This document shows positions 1-11,944 of a stretch of 64,000 bases of DNA, piece by piece; positions within the stretch are counted from its first letter, which is position 1, and every line of letters starts with the position of its first letter. Under the pieces are notes generated by a model. It had not been told where the DNA came from, made no database searches, and worked only from the letters and a program-made list of their open reading frames with translations. The position numbers and the translations under genes were made by a program. This DNA comes from an uncultured Desulfarculus sp. (GTDB lineage Bacteria; Desulfobacterota; Desulfarculia; Desulfarculales; Desulfarculaceae), in assembly GCA_963665125.2 (NCBI GenBank), contig CAXXUK010000001.1, positions 608,001 through 672,000 on the forward strand, given 5' to 3'.

Positions 1-2148
<2,148 letters not shown>

Positions 2149-2323
2149 AATTTTAATCTTTGTCCAAGCAATCCATCAAGGTAAGTTGCGCCCTCAAGGT
2201 GCGGCCCATATTGTGCCAATGCGCAGGCGACAACACAAAATATAGCAAATTCGGGCGGCGTAAGAAAGCGCCTATGCCACAATTTGGACTACGGCATAAG
2301 ACGGCGTCGGAAGGCTGCGGATG

Positions 2324-3109
2324 TCAGCCCTTGGCCGCCACCTCAAGGCGCATCATGGGCGTGACTATGTTGCCTTGGGAGTCCGGCGGGTATGCGGCCA
2401 TGTAGCGGGCGACGATTTTCTGCACGAGTTCATCGCGCCGTTGCTCCGGTACCCGTTGCAGGTAGGGCATCCAGGTGGTGCGCAGCCATCCGGCAAAACC
2501 CTCGGCGTCATTTTGAAGCATGGTCTTGGGGATCAGCTTGGCCCGGACCTCCTTGAGACCCGCCTCGCCGGCCCAGGCTTCATACTCCTCAGGGCCGTGA
2601 AAGCCGTAGGGGAATGAAAAACCGTGGAAATATTGTTTCCATTGGTCTTCGCGGATGATTTCCTCCACCACCTCCACGATCTGGGCCGCGTTGCCCGTGC
2701 CGCCCATCTGCAACAGGACCCTGCCGCCGGGCCGCAGGCATCGTCTTATTCCCTTGAGCACCGGATGGTGGTCGATGATCCAGTGCAAGGCGGCATTGGA
2801 AAAGACGACGTCGAAGTGTTGCTCCAGGTCCAGGGCGCTGGCGTCGCCGACAACGAAGGACAGGTTAGGGCGCAGATCGGGCGGGAACTCGCTCCGGGCA
2901 AAGGCGATCATGTCGGCGGAACTGTCCAGGCCCACCACGGCGCCGCCGGGGACCAGTTCGGCGAGGCGGGCGGTTATCTTGCCGTCGCCGCAGCCGATGT
3001 CCAGAATGGTTTCATCTCCGCCCAGGCCGAGCTTGGCTATCAGCTCGCCTGCCCATGTCGCCTGGGCCTGGGAGTTGCGCGCGTAATCGCCGGGGTCCCA
3101 GCGGGGCAC
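2324..3109 (-). CDS. Class I SAM-dependent methyltransferase (trans-aconitate methyltransferase-like)
   Basis: LDIGCGDG motif I, GLDSS, FDVVFSNAALHW; GTG start 3 nt after the guaA stop. Confidence 0.85.
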   Translation of the reverse strand: MPRWDPGDYARNSQAQATWAGELIAKLGLGGDETILDIGCGDGKITARLAELVPGGAVVGLDSSADMIAFARSEFPPDLRPNLSFVVGDASALDLEQHFDVVFSNAALHWIIDHHPVLKGIRRCLRPGGRVLLQMGGTGNAAQIVEVVEEIIREDQWKQYFHGFSFPYGFHGPEEYEAWAGEAGLKEVRAKLIPKTMLQNDAEGFAGWLRTTWMPYLQRVPEQRRDELVQKIVARYMAAYPPDSQGNIVTPMMRLEVAAKG

Positions 3110-3112
3110 GGG

Positions 3113-4666
3113 TTACTCCCACTCGATGGTTGCGGGCGGCTTGCTGGAGATGTCGAAAACCACGCGGTTGACGCCGTCGACCTCGTTGATGATCCGGCTG
3201 GAGATGGTGGCCAGTACCTGATAGGGCACCCTGGTCCAGTCGGCGGTCATGGCGTCGACGCTGTCGACCACCCGCAGGGCGATCACGTCTTCGTAGGTGC
3301 GCTCGTCGCCCATGACGCCAACGGTCTTGACGGGGGCCAATACGGCGAAGCTCTGCCAGACCTTGTGATACATTTCCGCGGCGCGCATTTCCTCCAGCAC
3401 GATGCTGTCGGCCTGGCGCACGGTCTTGAGGCGCTCTCTGGTGACCTCGCCCATGATGCGGATGGCCAGGCCCGGTCCGGGGAAGGGCTGGCGGCCCACG
3501 ATGGTCTCGGGCAGGCCCAGTTCTCGGCCCACCTCCCGGCATTCGTCCTTGAACAGCTCCCGCAGGGGCTCCACCAACTCCATTTTCATGTGCTCGGGCA
3601 GGCCGCCCACGTTGTGGTGGCTCTTGATCACCGCGCTGGGGCCCTTGAAGCTGACGGATTCGATGACGTCGGGGTAGAGCGTGCCCTGGGCCAGGTAGTC
3701 AACCTTGCCGATCTTGGCGGCCTCGGACTCGAAGACCTCGATGAAGGTGTGGCCGATGATGCGGCGCTTCTTTTCCGGGTCGGTTACCCCGGCCAGTTTG
3801 TCCAGGAACAGGTCCTTGGCGTCGACAACCACCAGATTCACGCCGAACACGTCCTGGAACACTCCCCTGACCTCGCTGACCTCACCGGCCCGCAGCACGC
3901 CGTTGTCCACGAAGATGCAGGTCAGGTCGTCGCCGATGGCCTTGTGCAGCAGCAGGGCCACAACCGAAGAATCCACGCCGCCGGACAGGGCGCATATCAC
4001 CTTCTTGCCTGCCAGGCGCGTCTTGAAATCGGCAATGGTCGCTTCGGCGAAGTTGTGCATGGTCCAGATGGGCTTGCAGCCGCACTCGCCCAGAACGAAC
4101 GCCGCCAGCATGGCCGCGCCCTGGGGCGTATGGGCCACCTCGGGGTGGAACTGCACGCCGTAGATGCGTTTTTGCAGGTTGCCCATGGCCGCCACGGGCG
4201 AGTTGTCGCTGACGGCCAGGACCTCGAAGCCGCCGGGGAACTGCTCGATGCGGTCGCCGTGGCTCATCCAAACCGGGATTTCCTCGGTCTGGTCCAGCTC
4301 CCGGAACGGACCGGCGAGTTTGTTGATTTTCAACTTGGCCGGGCCGTATTCGCGCTTTTCGCCCCGGGCCACGGTGCCGCCCATCAGGTGGGTGATGGTC
4401 TGCATGCCGTAGCAGATGCCCAACACCGGCACGCCCAGCTCGAACACGCCGGGGTCCACGGTGGGGGCGTCGTCGGCATACACCGAGGCCGGACCGCCGG
4501 AGAGGATCACGCCCATGGGCGCATAGGCCTTGATCGCCTCCAGGGACATGGTACAGGGATGGATTTCACAGTAAACCCTGGCCTCGCGCACCCTGCGGGC
4601 AATGAGCTGGGTGGTCTGGGAGCCAAAGTCCAGGATCAATACTTTTTCTGAATGGATATCCGCCAC
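3113..4666 (-). CDS. guaA: GMP synthase (glutamine-hydrolysing)
   Basis: [39 protein letters not shown]-terminal KPPATIEWE. Confidence 0.99.
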   Translation of the reverse strand: MADIHSEKVLILDFGSQTTQLIARRVREARVYCEIHPCTMSLEAIKAYAPMGVILSGGPASVYADDAPTVDPGVFELGVPVLGICYGMQTITHLMGGTVARGEKREYGPAKLKINKLAGPFRELDQTEEIPVWMSHGDRIEQFPGGFEVLAVSDNSPVAAMGNLQKRIYGVQFHPEVAHTPQGAAMLAAFVLGECGCKPIWTMHNFAEATIADFKTRLAGKKVICALSGGVDSSVVALLLHKAIGDDLTCIFVDNGVLRAGEVSEVRGVFQDVFGVNLVVVDAKDLFLDKLAGVTDPEKKRRIIGHTFIEVFESEAAKIGKVDYLAQGTLYPDVIESVSFKGPSAVIKSHHNVGGLPEHMKMELVEPLRELFKDECREVGRELGLPETIVGRQPFPGPGLAIRIMGEVTRERLKTVRQADSIVLEEMRAAEMYHKVWQSFAVLAPVKTVGVMGDERTYEDVIALRVVDSVDAMTADWTRVPYQVLATISSRIINEVDGVNRVVFDISSKPPATIEWE

Positions 4667-4702
4667 GTCCGGCCTTCTTTCCTGAGTTTAATGGTCTTGA
4701 TA

Positions 4703-6163
4703 TCACTCAACCCGGTAGTTGGGCGCTTCCTTGGTGATGGTAACGTCATGCACATGGCTTTCGCGCAGACCCGCCGCCGTGATCTGGATGAATTCGGCCT
4801 TTTGCTTGAGTTCCTCAAGGTTGGACGCACCCACATAACCCATGCCCGAGCGCAGGCCGCCCATGAGCTGGTAGATGCTGTCGGACAGCGGTCCCAGGAA
4901 CGGAACCCGGCCCACGATGCCCTCGGGCACCAGCTTGGATTCGATGGTGTCTTCCTGGGCGTAGCGGTCGCCGCTGCCGGCCTTCATGGCGTCGATGGAG
5001 CCCATGCCCCTGTAGACCTTGTAGCGGCGGCCCTGGAACAGGATCGTCTCACCGGGCGACTCCTCGGTGCCCGCGAACAGCGAGCCGATCATCACCACGT
5101 TGGCGCCGCCGGCCAGGGCCTTGACCACGTCGCCGCTGAACTTGATGCCGCCGTCGGCGATCATTGACACGCCCGCCGCCCGGGTCACTTCGGCGACTTC
5201 CATGACCGCCGTCATCTGGGGTACGCCAACACCGGCCACCACGCGGGTGGTGCAGATGGAGCCCGGGCCCACGCCGACCTTGACGCAGTCGGCGCCCGCG
5301 TCGATGAGATCCTTGGCTCCCTGGGGCGTGGCCACGTTGCCGGCCACAACCTGGGCGTCCGGCCAATTTCTCTTGAGCTCGCTGACCGAATCCAGAACCC
5401 GGTAGCTGTGGCCGTGGGCCGAGTCCAGGCACAGCACGTCGACTCCGGCGGCCAGCAGACGCTCGGCCCTTCGCAGTCCTTCATCACCGACGCCGATGGC
5501 CGCACCAACCCGCAGGCGGCCCAGGCCGTCTTTGGCGGCCTGGGGATATTTGCGGACCTTTTCAATATCCTTGATGGTGATCAGGCCCTTGAGGGTGCCG
5601 TCTTCCTCGGTTACCAGGAGTTTTTCAATGCGGTGTTTGTGCAGCACGGCCTTAGATTCTTCCAGGGTGATGCCCTCGCGCACGGTTACCAGATTCTCCT
5701 TGGTCATCACGTCGGAGACCTTCTGGTCGAAATTGGTCTCGAAGCGCAGATCGCGGTTGGTGATGATGCCCACCAGCTTGCGGTCGCCCACCACCACGGG
5801 CACACCGCTGACGCGGTACTGCTTCATCAGGTCCAACACCTGGTGAATGGTGTTGTCCGGGCCCACGGTGATGGGGTCGATGATCATGCCGGATTCAGAC
5901 TTTTTGACTTTGAGGGCTTCCAACACCTGGTGCTCGATGGACAGGTTTTTGTGGATAAAGCCCAGACCGCCATGACGGGCCATGGCAATGGCCGTGTCGG
6001 CTTCTGTGACCGTGTCCATAGCCGCGGAAACCAGGGGGATGTTTAAAGCGATTTTGCTGGTCAGTTTGGCGACAGTGGTCACCTCGTGGGGCAAGACCTG
6101 ACTGTGGCCGGGTTTCAGTAGAAGATCGTCAAAGGTCAATCCGAATTGAATATCGCTTTTCAT
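4703..6163 (-). CDS. guaB: IMP dehydrogenase with CBS pair
   Basis: [21 protein letters not shown] (catalytic Cys), ADGG, YRGMGS, ESHVHDV. Confidence 0.99.
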   Translation of the reverse strand: MKSDIQFGLTFDDLLLKPGHSQVLPHEVTTVAKLTSKIALNIPLVSAAMDTVTEADTAIAMARHGGLGFIHKNLSIEHQVLEALKVKKSESGMIIDPITVGPDNTIHQVLDLMKQYRVSGVPVVVGDRKLVGIITNRDLRFETNFDQKVSDVMTKENLVTVREGITLEESKAVLHKHRIEKLLVTEEDGTLKGLITIKDIEKVRKYPQAAKDGLGRLRVGAAIGVGDEGLRRAERLLAAGVDVLCLDSAHGHSYRVLDSVSELKRNWPDAQVVAGNVATPQGAKDLIDAGADCVKVGVGPGSICTTRVVAGVGVPQMTAVMEVAEVTRAAGVSMIADGGIKFSGDVVKALAGGANVVMIGSLFAGTEESPGETILFQGRRYKVYRGMGSIDAMKAGSGDRYAQEDTIESKLVPEGIVGRVPFLGPLSDSIYQLMGGLRSGMGYVGASNLEELKQKAEFIQITAAGLRESHVHDVTITKEAPNYRVE

Positions 6164-7098
6164 GGCCTGGTTTCTCCAAAATAGTAAATGGACGCGTCAT
6201 CAAGGAGGATGCCCTCTAGCAGTCCCGCGTCCATGGTAATCATCCCATCCAGCCCGAACAGACCCATAAGTCCGCCCAGGATGGCCATACCAGCTATTAT
6301 TATATCAGCCCTTTCGGGCTCAAGGCCCTTGATCGTCTTTCTTTGCGCCAGGGGCATATGGGTCAGCCGCCGAAAGTGTTCATTAAATAATGATCGGCTT
6401 ACGGCGACGTTGTTGATCTCGTCGGGTTTGTAGACCTCGTGGCCCTGGGCCATGGCCGCTATGGTGGCCGCGGTTCCCGCCGTGGCCACAAGGCGTGAAG
6501 CCCTTTTATCAGAGGCTGGTTCGAGGCCCTTTTCCACGGCTTTGGCCAAGGCTTCGAGTTGCTCCCGCGCGGGCGGATCGTCGCGGACAAAGGCCTCGGT
6601 CAGGCTGACCGCGCCGATTTTGAGGCTCAGGCCAGGCGCTGTCTCGTCGGCAAGGTCGATAAGCTCGGTGCTGGCTCCGCCCACGTCGGCCAGTATCGCG
6701 CCCCGCAGGGAACCCTCAAGCCTGCTCAGGACGCCCAGCCGGGACAGGCGCGCCTCTTGATCGCCGCTGATCACGGCCGCTGAATCAATGGCCAGCTCAC
6801 CAGCCAGCTCTTGCACGAAGGCCAGGCCGTCGGAAGCGGCCCGGCAGGCCTGGGTGGCGGCCAGGGCGATGCGCCGGGCTCCGGCCTTGCGGGCGCGTTG
6901 GACAAATTCTCCGGCCGCCGAGCGCGCCTTTTGCTTGGCCTCATCCGCCAGAGGCTTTCCCGGCTCGAGGCCCCGGCCCAGGCGCGGCGTGGCCAGGCCT
7001 CTTGCAACGGCCTGCCAGCGGCCTCGACCCACGTCGGCGAGTAAAAACCTCAGCGTGTTGGAACCCAGGTCCAACGATGCGCATCGAATAGTGTCCAT
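6160..7098 (-). CDS. ppx: Ppx/GppA family phosphatase (short form)
   Basis: [32 protein letters not shown]. Start taken at ATG 7098; stop overlaps the guaB start (ATGA). Confidence 0.85.
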   Translation of the reverse strand: MDTIRCASLDLGSNTLRFLLADVGRGRWQAVARGLATPRLGRGLEPGKPLADEAKQKARSAAGEFVQRARKAGARRIALAATQACRAASDGLAFVQELAGELAIDSAAVISGDQEARLSRLGVLSRLEGSLRGAILADVGGASTELIDLADETAPGLSLKIGAVSLTEAFVRDDPPAREQLEALAKAVEKGLEPASDKRASRLVATAGTAATIAAMAQGHEVYKPDEINNVAVSRSLFNEHFRRLTHMPLAQRKTIKGLEPERADIIIAGMAILGGLMGLFGLDGMITMDAGLLEGILLDDASIYYFGETRP

Positions 7099-7312
7099 AT
7101 AACCGGAATCTGCCAGTGACAATAGCCCAATACCGCCAACAAGCTCGGGAGAGCGTCCGCAACCGGATTGGCTCCATTTCTAGCAGAGTGGGCCGCAATT
7201 GACAAGGGTAGAGGGCAACACCAACGGCCGCAACCGGGCTGATTTCTGCTATGCTTGGTCTGATTGATAAAACTGTTGGGCATTTTCGCATGTTTGGGGT
7301 TTAAGTTTAAAA

Positions 7313-9178
7313 ATGACGTTGCGCTCGATAGTTCACCGTTTTTCCCGAGGCAGGACCATAAACAAGGTCGCCGAGGAGCTTAGCGGCCCGGCGGCTCTGG
7401 AAAAAATGCTGGTGCAGTGCGGCTATTCCGGCAGGCCCGAGGGCTTGGCCGGTAGGCTGGATATGGAACTGCCTCTGGCCTTGCCTCTGTATACGGACAA
7501 CCGGCAATGCAGGCACTGGGCCTCGCACTATAAAGCCACCGAATCGCTGAACGCGGCCAGGGCGGGGTGCTCTTTTCTGCCGCCTCCTGAGAATGGCCGG
7601 CCGGTTCCGGCCAGCGTGGTCAAACAGGGCAAGGCCGTTTGGCTCAGGCAACGCCCCTGGAACAGCGGGCATTTGATCGTGCCCCTGGCCAGGGCCTGGC
7701 GGGTCAGTGGCGATAAGGATTTCTTATCCGGCGTCGAGCGGCAGTTGCGGGATTACCATGTGTTCAGCCCGCCGCTGATGGGGCCGGGCTGGCAGGACGG
7801 CGCCCTTGTGGCCCTGCGGGTCGTCAACTGGCTGCTGGGTCTGCGCTTGGTGCAAAATATTTCCCATATGGAAGCTGCGGTGATAGCTCAGGCCGTATTG
7901 GATCTGCGCGTGGCCGGTATGGTTCTTAGCAGCGAACTGGAGGCCCAGACCGAACCGTCCCTGGATCTATTGGGCCATGGCTGCGCTTTGATGTTCCTGG
8001 GGCGCTGCCTGAGCATGCTTGAAGAATCCGGCCAATGGCTCAAACAGGGCGCGGCGGCGGTGGGGCCCTGTCTGGCGTGTTGGTCCCGGGCGGACAAACC
8101 CAGGCCAACGGCCCTGGCCGCGGCCATTTGCCAATGGGCCGTGTTGGCCCTTTGGCTTTCGCGAAAGGCCGGCTGCGACGTGCCCGGCCTGGAAGACGCC
8201 TTGCCGCCGGTGGCCCTGTTTTGCCGGGCCGATGCGCCGCCGTGGGGCGGCGGCAGGGGCTGGGGATTTTCCCACCTCTGGCCCGTGCTTGACTTTGGCG
8301 GCGCGTGCTCGGCGGCCGAGGCCCACGCATGGCCCGCCAACATGGCGGCAATGCTGTTGGGGGATGCCGATCTGCGGGCCGACCGCAACATGTACGAGCC
8401 CTTGTATTGGTTCTGCGGCCCGGAAACTCCGGCCCGGCTGCGCTCTCTTGCCAATATCAAGGCGCCCCAGGCCGTTGATTCACCTTGCCTGGGGGCCACG
8501 GCCCTGTGCCTGAACTCGGCTGGCCGGCGGTCCCGGGTCATGTTGCGTTCCAGCCCCAGGCGCGGCCAGGGACTGATGGAGCACCAGGCAGAAGCCTTGT
8601 CGTTCGGTCTTTTGCTTGATCAGGCACCGGTTGTAATCAGCCCAGGGGTAGTGTTGGGCGGGCCCATGGAGTCTTTTAATAAATCCCGCAGATCAGGCAA
8701 CGGACCGGTGGTGGACGGCCTCGAGCCAAAGTCCGGCGGCATAGTCCTGGAAGGCATGGAGCAGACCGGCAGCCACGCCTTTGTATCGGCTACATTCGAC
8801 GGTTACAAATACCTGGCAGATCCGGTGATCATGCGCCGAAGGTTGCACATCGACGCATCACGGGGAGTGTTGAACATTGTGGACCAACTTGATTCAAAGG
8901 TGGTCCATACCGTGGAAATCAATTTGATGCTGGCAGCCGATTCCGATGCTCACCAAACCGAGGACGGGTTGTGGGTCGTCTGTGGGGTCTTCGGGATCGT
9001 GTTGGTCCGCCCTGAACCACGGGCCACCTGCGAATTGGTTCGCGGGCGCGGCGATCCGGCTTTGGGTTGGGCGGCTTCCGAAACGGGGGATGTCGTCCCC
9101 GCACCGGTGTTGCGCATCGTTTGTCAGACCGTGGGTCAGGCTTCCCTGACGACCTCCATTGTTTGGGGCCAGGGGTAA
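7313..9178 (+). CDS. Heparinase II/III-like protein, degenerate
   Basis: Central LARAWRVSGD...PPLMGPGW...ALRVVNW and C-terminal ALSF...ISPG...DGYKYL...RRRL resemble Hepar_II_III family segments. Confidence 0.55.
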   Translation: MTLRSIVHRFSRGRTINKVAEELSGPAALEKMLVQCGYSGRPEGLAGRLDMELPLALPLYTDNRQCRHWASHYKATESLNAARAGCSFLPPPENGRPVPASVVKQGKAVWLRQRPWNSGHLIVPLARAWRVSGDKDFLSGVERQLRDYHVFSPPLMGPGWQDGALVALRVVNWLLGLRLVQNISHMEAAVIAQAVLDLRVAGMVLSSELEAQTEPSLDLLGHGCALMFLGRCLSMLEESGQWLKQGAAAVGPCLACWSRADKPRPTALAAAICQWAVLALWLSRKAGCDVPGLEDALPPVALFCRADAPPWGGGRGWGFSHLWPVLDFGGACSAAEAHAWPANMAAMLLGDADLRADRNMYEPLYWFCGPETPARLRSLANIKAPQAVDSPCLGATALCLNSAGRRSRVMLRSSPRRGQGLMEHQAEALSFGLLLDQAPVVISPGVVLGGPMESFNKSRRSGNGPVVDGLEPKSGGIVLEGMEQTGSHAFVSATFDGYKYLADPVIMRRRLHIDASRGVLNIVDQLDSKVVHTVEINLMLAADSDAHQTEDGLWVVCGVFGIVLVRPEPRATCELVRGRGDPALGWAASETGDVVPAPVLRIVCQTVGQASLTTSIVWGQG

Positions 9179-9281
9179 ACAGATTGTAAACATTGTGTTA
9201 TTATTCCTGACCTGAGATAATCACAAAAGCGCATTCTGGAGCGTTTGACAAGTTTTCATTGAACAACAGGAGAACTGGCCA

Positions 9282-9584
9282 ATGGCAAAACTAGGTATCT
9301 TGGTCTCCTCCGACAAGCACATTGATCATCTCATCGGCATAACCGATGCCGCCAGGTCCGCGGGCCACGAGGTGATCGTATTTTTGTCGGCCCGTGGCGT
9401 CCTGCTGACCCAGCATGAGCGCTTTCCGGAGATGGAAGGTAAAACGACAATCAGCCTCTGCAACGTGGGGTTTGAATTTTTCAACCTGCAAAAGCCGGTA
9501 CCGGTGGTCAAGGATGAAGACTTCGCCACGCAGATGCGTCACGGTCACCTGATCGAAGACTGTGACCGGTATATCGTATTGTAG
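9282..9584 (+). CDS. DsrE/DsrF-like family protein
   Basis: KLGILV...GHEVIVFLSARGVLL...ISLCNVG...CDRYIVL fits the DsrE fold with a conserved Cys; AGGAG RBS. Confidence 0.7.
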   Translation: MAKLGILVSSDKHIDHLIGITDAARSAGHEVIVFLSARGVLLTQHERFPEMEGKTTISLCNVGFEFFNLQKPVPVVKDEDFATQMRHGHLIEDCDRYIVL

Positions 9585-9593
9585 GAGGCCGGG

Positions 9594-9902
9594 ATGAAAA
9601 TCGAAAAAGTCGCGTTTATCATAAACCAGGACGACTGCTGGGAAGGCATCCGTTCCACCCTGGGCCTTTTGGTGGAAAACATGTGGTGCGCCGCTTTTGT
9701 CATTGATAATGAAATGAATGTGTCCGCGCCGAAAACCACCGAGGATCTGCAGGAAAACCTGGAGATGCTGGTGGAGGACCTCGAGGGCGAGGTCTACAGC
9801 AACGTCCAGGCAAATGTGGACAAATTTCAGTATGTCGAGTACATGTCTTTGGAAGACATGGCCGAAAAGCTCAAAGAATACGAACTCGTGGTTCCATTCT
9901 AG
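9594..9902 (+). CDS. DsrF-like hypothetical protein
   Basis: Acidic 102 aa; EGIRSTLGL and C-terminal SLEDMAEKLKEYELVVPF resemble DsrF/TusC ends; GGAGG RBS. Confidence 0.55.
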   Translation: MKIEKVAFIINQDDCWEGIRSTLGLLVENMWCAAFVIDNEMNVSAPKTTEDLQENLEMLVEDLEGEVYSNVQANVDKFQYVEYMSLEDMAEKLKEYELVVPF

Positions 9903-9913
9903 GGAGGCCGTTC

Positions 9914-10084
9914 ATGAAGCTGCTTATGATCTATAAAAGCGAGCCTGATCAGTCCACGGCTTTTCTGGCCGCTAAACTCTCCGAGGGCAAAGACGTTACC
10001 CGGTTCAATCTTTTCGAAGATACCGATTACGATAAACTGGTCGGTCTGATCTTTGAAAACGATGAGATAATCAGCTGGTGGTAG
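9914..10084 (+). CDS. Small 56-aa DsrH-like hypothetical protein (not in ORF track)
   Basis: GGGAGG RBS then MKLLMIYKSEPDQSTAFLAAKLSEGKDVTRFNLFEDTDYDKLVGLIFENDEIISWW*. The DYDKLVGLIFENDEIISW end resembles DsrH/TusB C-termini; a terminator follows. Confidence 0.7.
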   Translation: MKLLMIYKSEPDQSTAFLAAKLSEGKDVTRFNLFEDTDYDKLVGLIFENDEIISWW

Positions 10085-10104
10085 AAATCTAAAGTACGAA
10101 TACG

Positions 10105-10134
10105 AAGCCGTCCACCACGGGCGGCTTTTTTTTT
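10105..10134 (+). terminator. Rho-independent terminator of the dsrE-like operon
   Basis: AAGCCGTCC/GGGCGGCTT stem followed by a long T run. Confidence 0.85.
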
Positions 10135-10598
10135 ATCCTTGTGACGAAATTATCAACGCAAAAATCGCCAAAAATATTTACTGCCATTATTAAAAGCCAA
10201 AAGCACTAACATGCCCCGGCCAGAAAACCATTGAAATTTGAGATTTCATTGTTTTAAACTCTTTAAAGCCGAGGTGGGGTCCCTCTATATTCTTGCTTAC
10301 CGCATTACGTCACGGACCTGCGGCAAACACCCGGTCGTCATTCGATTGTTTGTTGTCAACATGCAATTGAAAAAAGCCGCAATGCAATGGCTGGACTTCT
10401 CGCTGCGCCGACCCTTAAGCGGTGACATGCACTGAAAAAACATCAGCGGCCTGAGGATGCTAGTTTTTTACAGCCCCCCGATCATCGTGCCTAAAGGGCA
10501 CATCTTTTGATGACGGAGTTGTAATCAACTGGGTGCGGACTATTGGGCCGAAGGACGCACATAATCACCAATTCCTATTTATTTGTAGGAGAGGATGA

Positions 10599-11801
10599 AT
10601 GAAACGATTATGGTGCATGGTGTTGGCATTGGCGCTGGGGGTGGCCGTGGCCGTTCCCGCGCTGGCCGGTGATGTCCCGGGTGTTACCAAGGACACCATC
10701 AAGATCGGGCAATGGGGTCCCCAAACAGGGCCGGCCGCCTTATGGGGCGCCGTTGCGAGAGGTTCAGATCTCTATTTTAAAATGATCAACGACCAAGGCG
10801 GTATCAACGGCCGAAAAATCGAATATTTCATGCGCGACGACGGCTACCAGCCCAACAAAACCAAGGCCATTGTAAAGGAATTGGTTGAAAAAGAGGGCGT
10901 TTGGGGCTTTGTCGGCGGCGTGGGCACCAGCCCGGGCATGGCCGTCATGCCTTACCTGGTGGAGCGCAACATCCCCTGGGTGTCCCCCTCTTCGGGCAGC
11001 ACCCATTGGGCCTTCCCTCCCAAGAAAAACATCTGGGCCACCTATCCGACATATCCAGTGGATGCCTACCTGCTGACCAGGTACGCGGTGGAAAATCTTA
11101 AAAAGACAAAGATCGGTTTTATCTACCAAAATGACGATTACGGCAAGGGCGGCATAGTCGGCGCGGAAAAATACCTGCGCGACCATGGCATGAAGCTGGC
11201 CGCCGAGGTCTCAACCGAAATCACCGACACCGATCTGAGCACCCAGGTGCTTAAGCTCAAGGAGGCCGGTTGCGATGTTGTGATCATGTGGCTGCTGCCC
11301 AAGCAGGCGGCAATCACCTTGGGCACGGCGGCCAAGATGGGCTACCGTCCCCAGTTCATGACCTCCACCACCCTGGCCGACTCCGAGTTGATGTACAAAA
11401 TTACCAAGGGCCTGTGGAAGGGCGTGATCTGCTCGACCTTTGGTTTCCTGCCCTGGGACGACGCTCCGGTCATGGTGCAGGCAAGGGCCGCCTGGCAGAA
11501 ATTCGCTCCCCATGAGCGTTGGGGTCCCTTCTATACCTCCGGCATGTACTACTCCGAGCCTCTGGCCGAAGGAATCAGACGCTGTGGTGACGACCTGAGC
11601 TATGACAACTTTGTCAAGGTCATGGAAGCCATGAAGGATTTCCAGGCCAGTGGCGCTCCGATAACCTTTGGTCCAAACAAGCGTCAGGGCTGCAACAGCG
11701 TTTTCCTTGTCAAGTGCGACCCGTCGGTCAAGGGTATGGCCGTAAAGATTTCCGACTGGATGACCGTGGAGGATTTCAGTCCCGAATGGTTGGAAAAGTA
11801 A
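10599..11801 (+). CDS. ABC transporter substrate-binding protein, LivJ/LivK (PBP1) type, paralog 1 of 5
   Basis: Signal peptide; GVTKDTIKIG, PQTGPAA, INDQGGINGRKI, DDGYQP, YQNDDYG. Confidence 0.92.
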   Translation: MKRLWCMVLALALGVAVAVPALAGDVPGVTKDTIKIGQWGPQTGPAALWGAVARGSDLYFKMINDQGGINGRKIEYFMRDDGYQPNKTKAIVKELVEKEGVWGFVGGVGTSPGMAVMPYLVERNIPWVSPSSGSTHWAFPPKKNIWATYPTYPVDAYLLTRYAVENLKKTKIGFIYQNDDYGKGGIVGAEKYLRDHGMKLAAEVSTEITDTDLSTQVLKLKEAGCDVVIMWLLPKQAAITLGTAAKMGYRPQFMTSTTLADSELMYKITKGLWKGVICSTFGFLPWDDAPVMVQARAAWQKFAPHERWGPFYTSGMYYSEPLAEGIRRCGDDLSYDNFVKVMEAMKDFQASGAPITFGPNKRQGCNSVFLVKCDPSVKGMAVKISDWMTVEDFSPEWLEK

Positions 11802-11944
11802 CTGTCGGTGGTTTCGCGCCGATTTGGCGTGAAACCACCGACAGTTTCTTGATGAAGTCCGAGGACTTCGAAATAAGGTTGGCAGACGGTTGAGATGGGC
11901 TGCCATTTAATGTGGGTACGGTTGTTGATATTCGGGAGAAGGCG
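11802..11944 (+). promoter_or_regulatory. Structured 143-nt intergenic element, copy 1 (long hairpin, TTCTTGA, two small hairpins, RBS)
   Basis: 20-bp stem 11801-11845; GAAGTC-CGAG-GACTTC 11854-11869; TGGCAG...CTGCCA 11880-11905; TATTCGGGAGAA 11929-11940. Confidence 0.6.

Noticed and set aside
2624..4651. Long antisense ORFs (675 aa opposite guaA; also 181-1482, 36367-38085, 45057-46382, 13267-14523 and others)
   Set aside because: Shadow ORFs produced by high-GC codon bias opposite well-supported genes; no recognisable motifs or RBS.
9192..9226. Rex-like TTGTG...CACAA inverted repeat upstream of the dsrE-like operon
   Set aside because: The arms are too far apart for an 18-bp Rex box; weak AT-rich match only.
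10238..10435. Small intergenic ORFs (10238-10435, 20612-20917, 43529-43807)
   Set aside because: No convincing RBS, atypical codon usage, and overlap with promoter regions.
11849..11873. Hammerhead-ribozyme-like TTGATGA-AGTCCGAGGACT-TCGAAA
   Set aside because: The core lacks the conserved C of CUGANGA, has two extra nt before GAAA, no stems I/III are evident, and the paralogous spacer does not keep the motif.
11880..11895. sigma54 promoter TGGCAGACGGTTGAG in the SBP1-SBP2 spacer
   Set aside because: -12 spacing is off by one and GC is absent; better explained as a hairpin arm.
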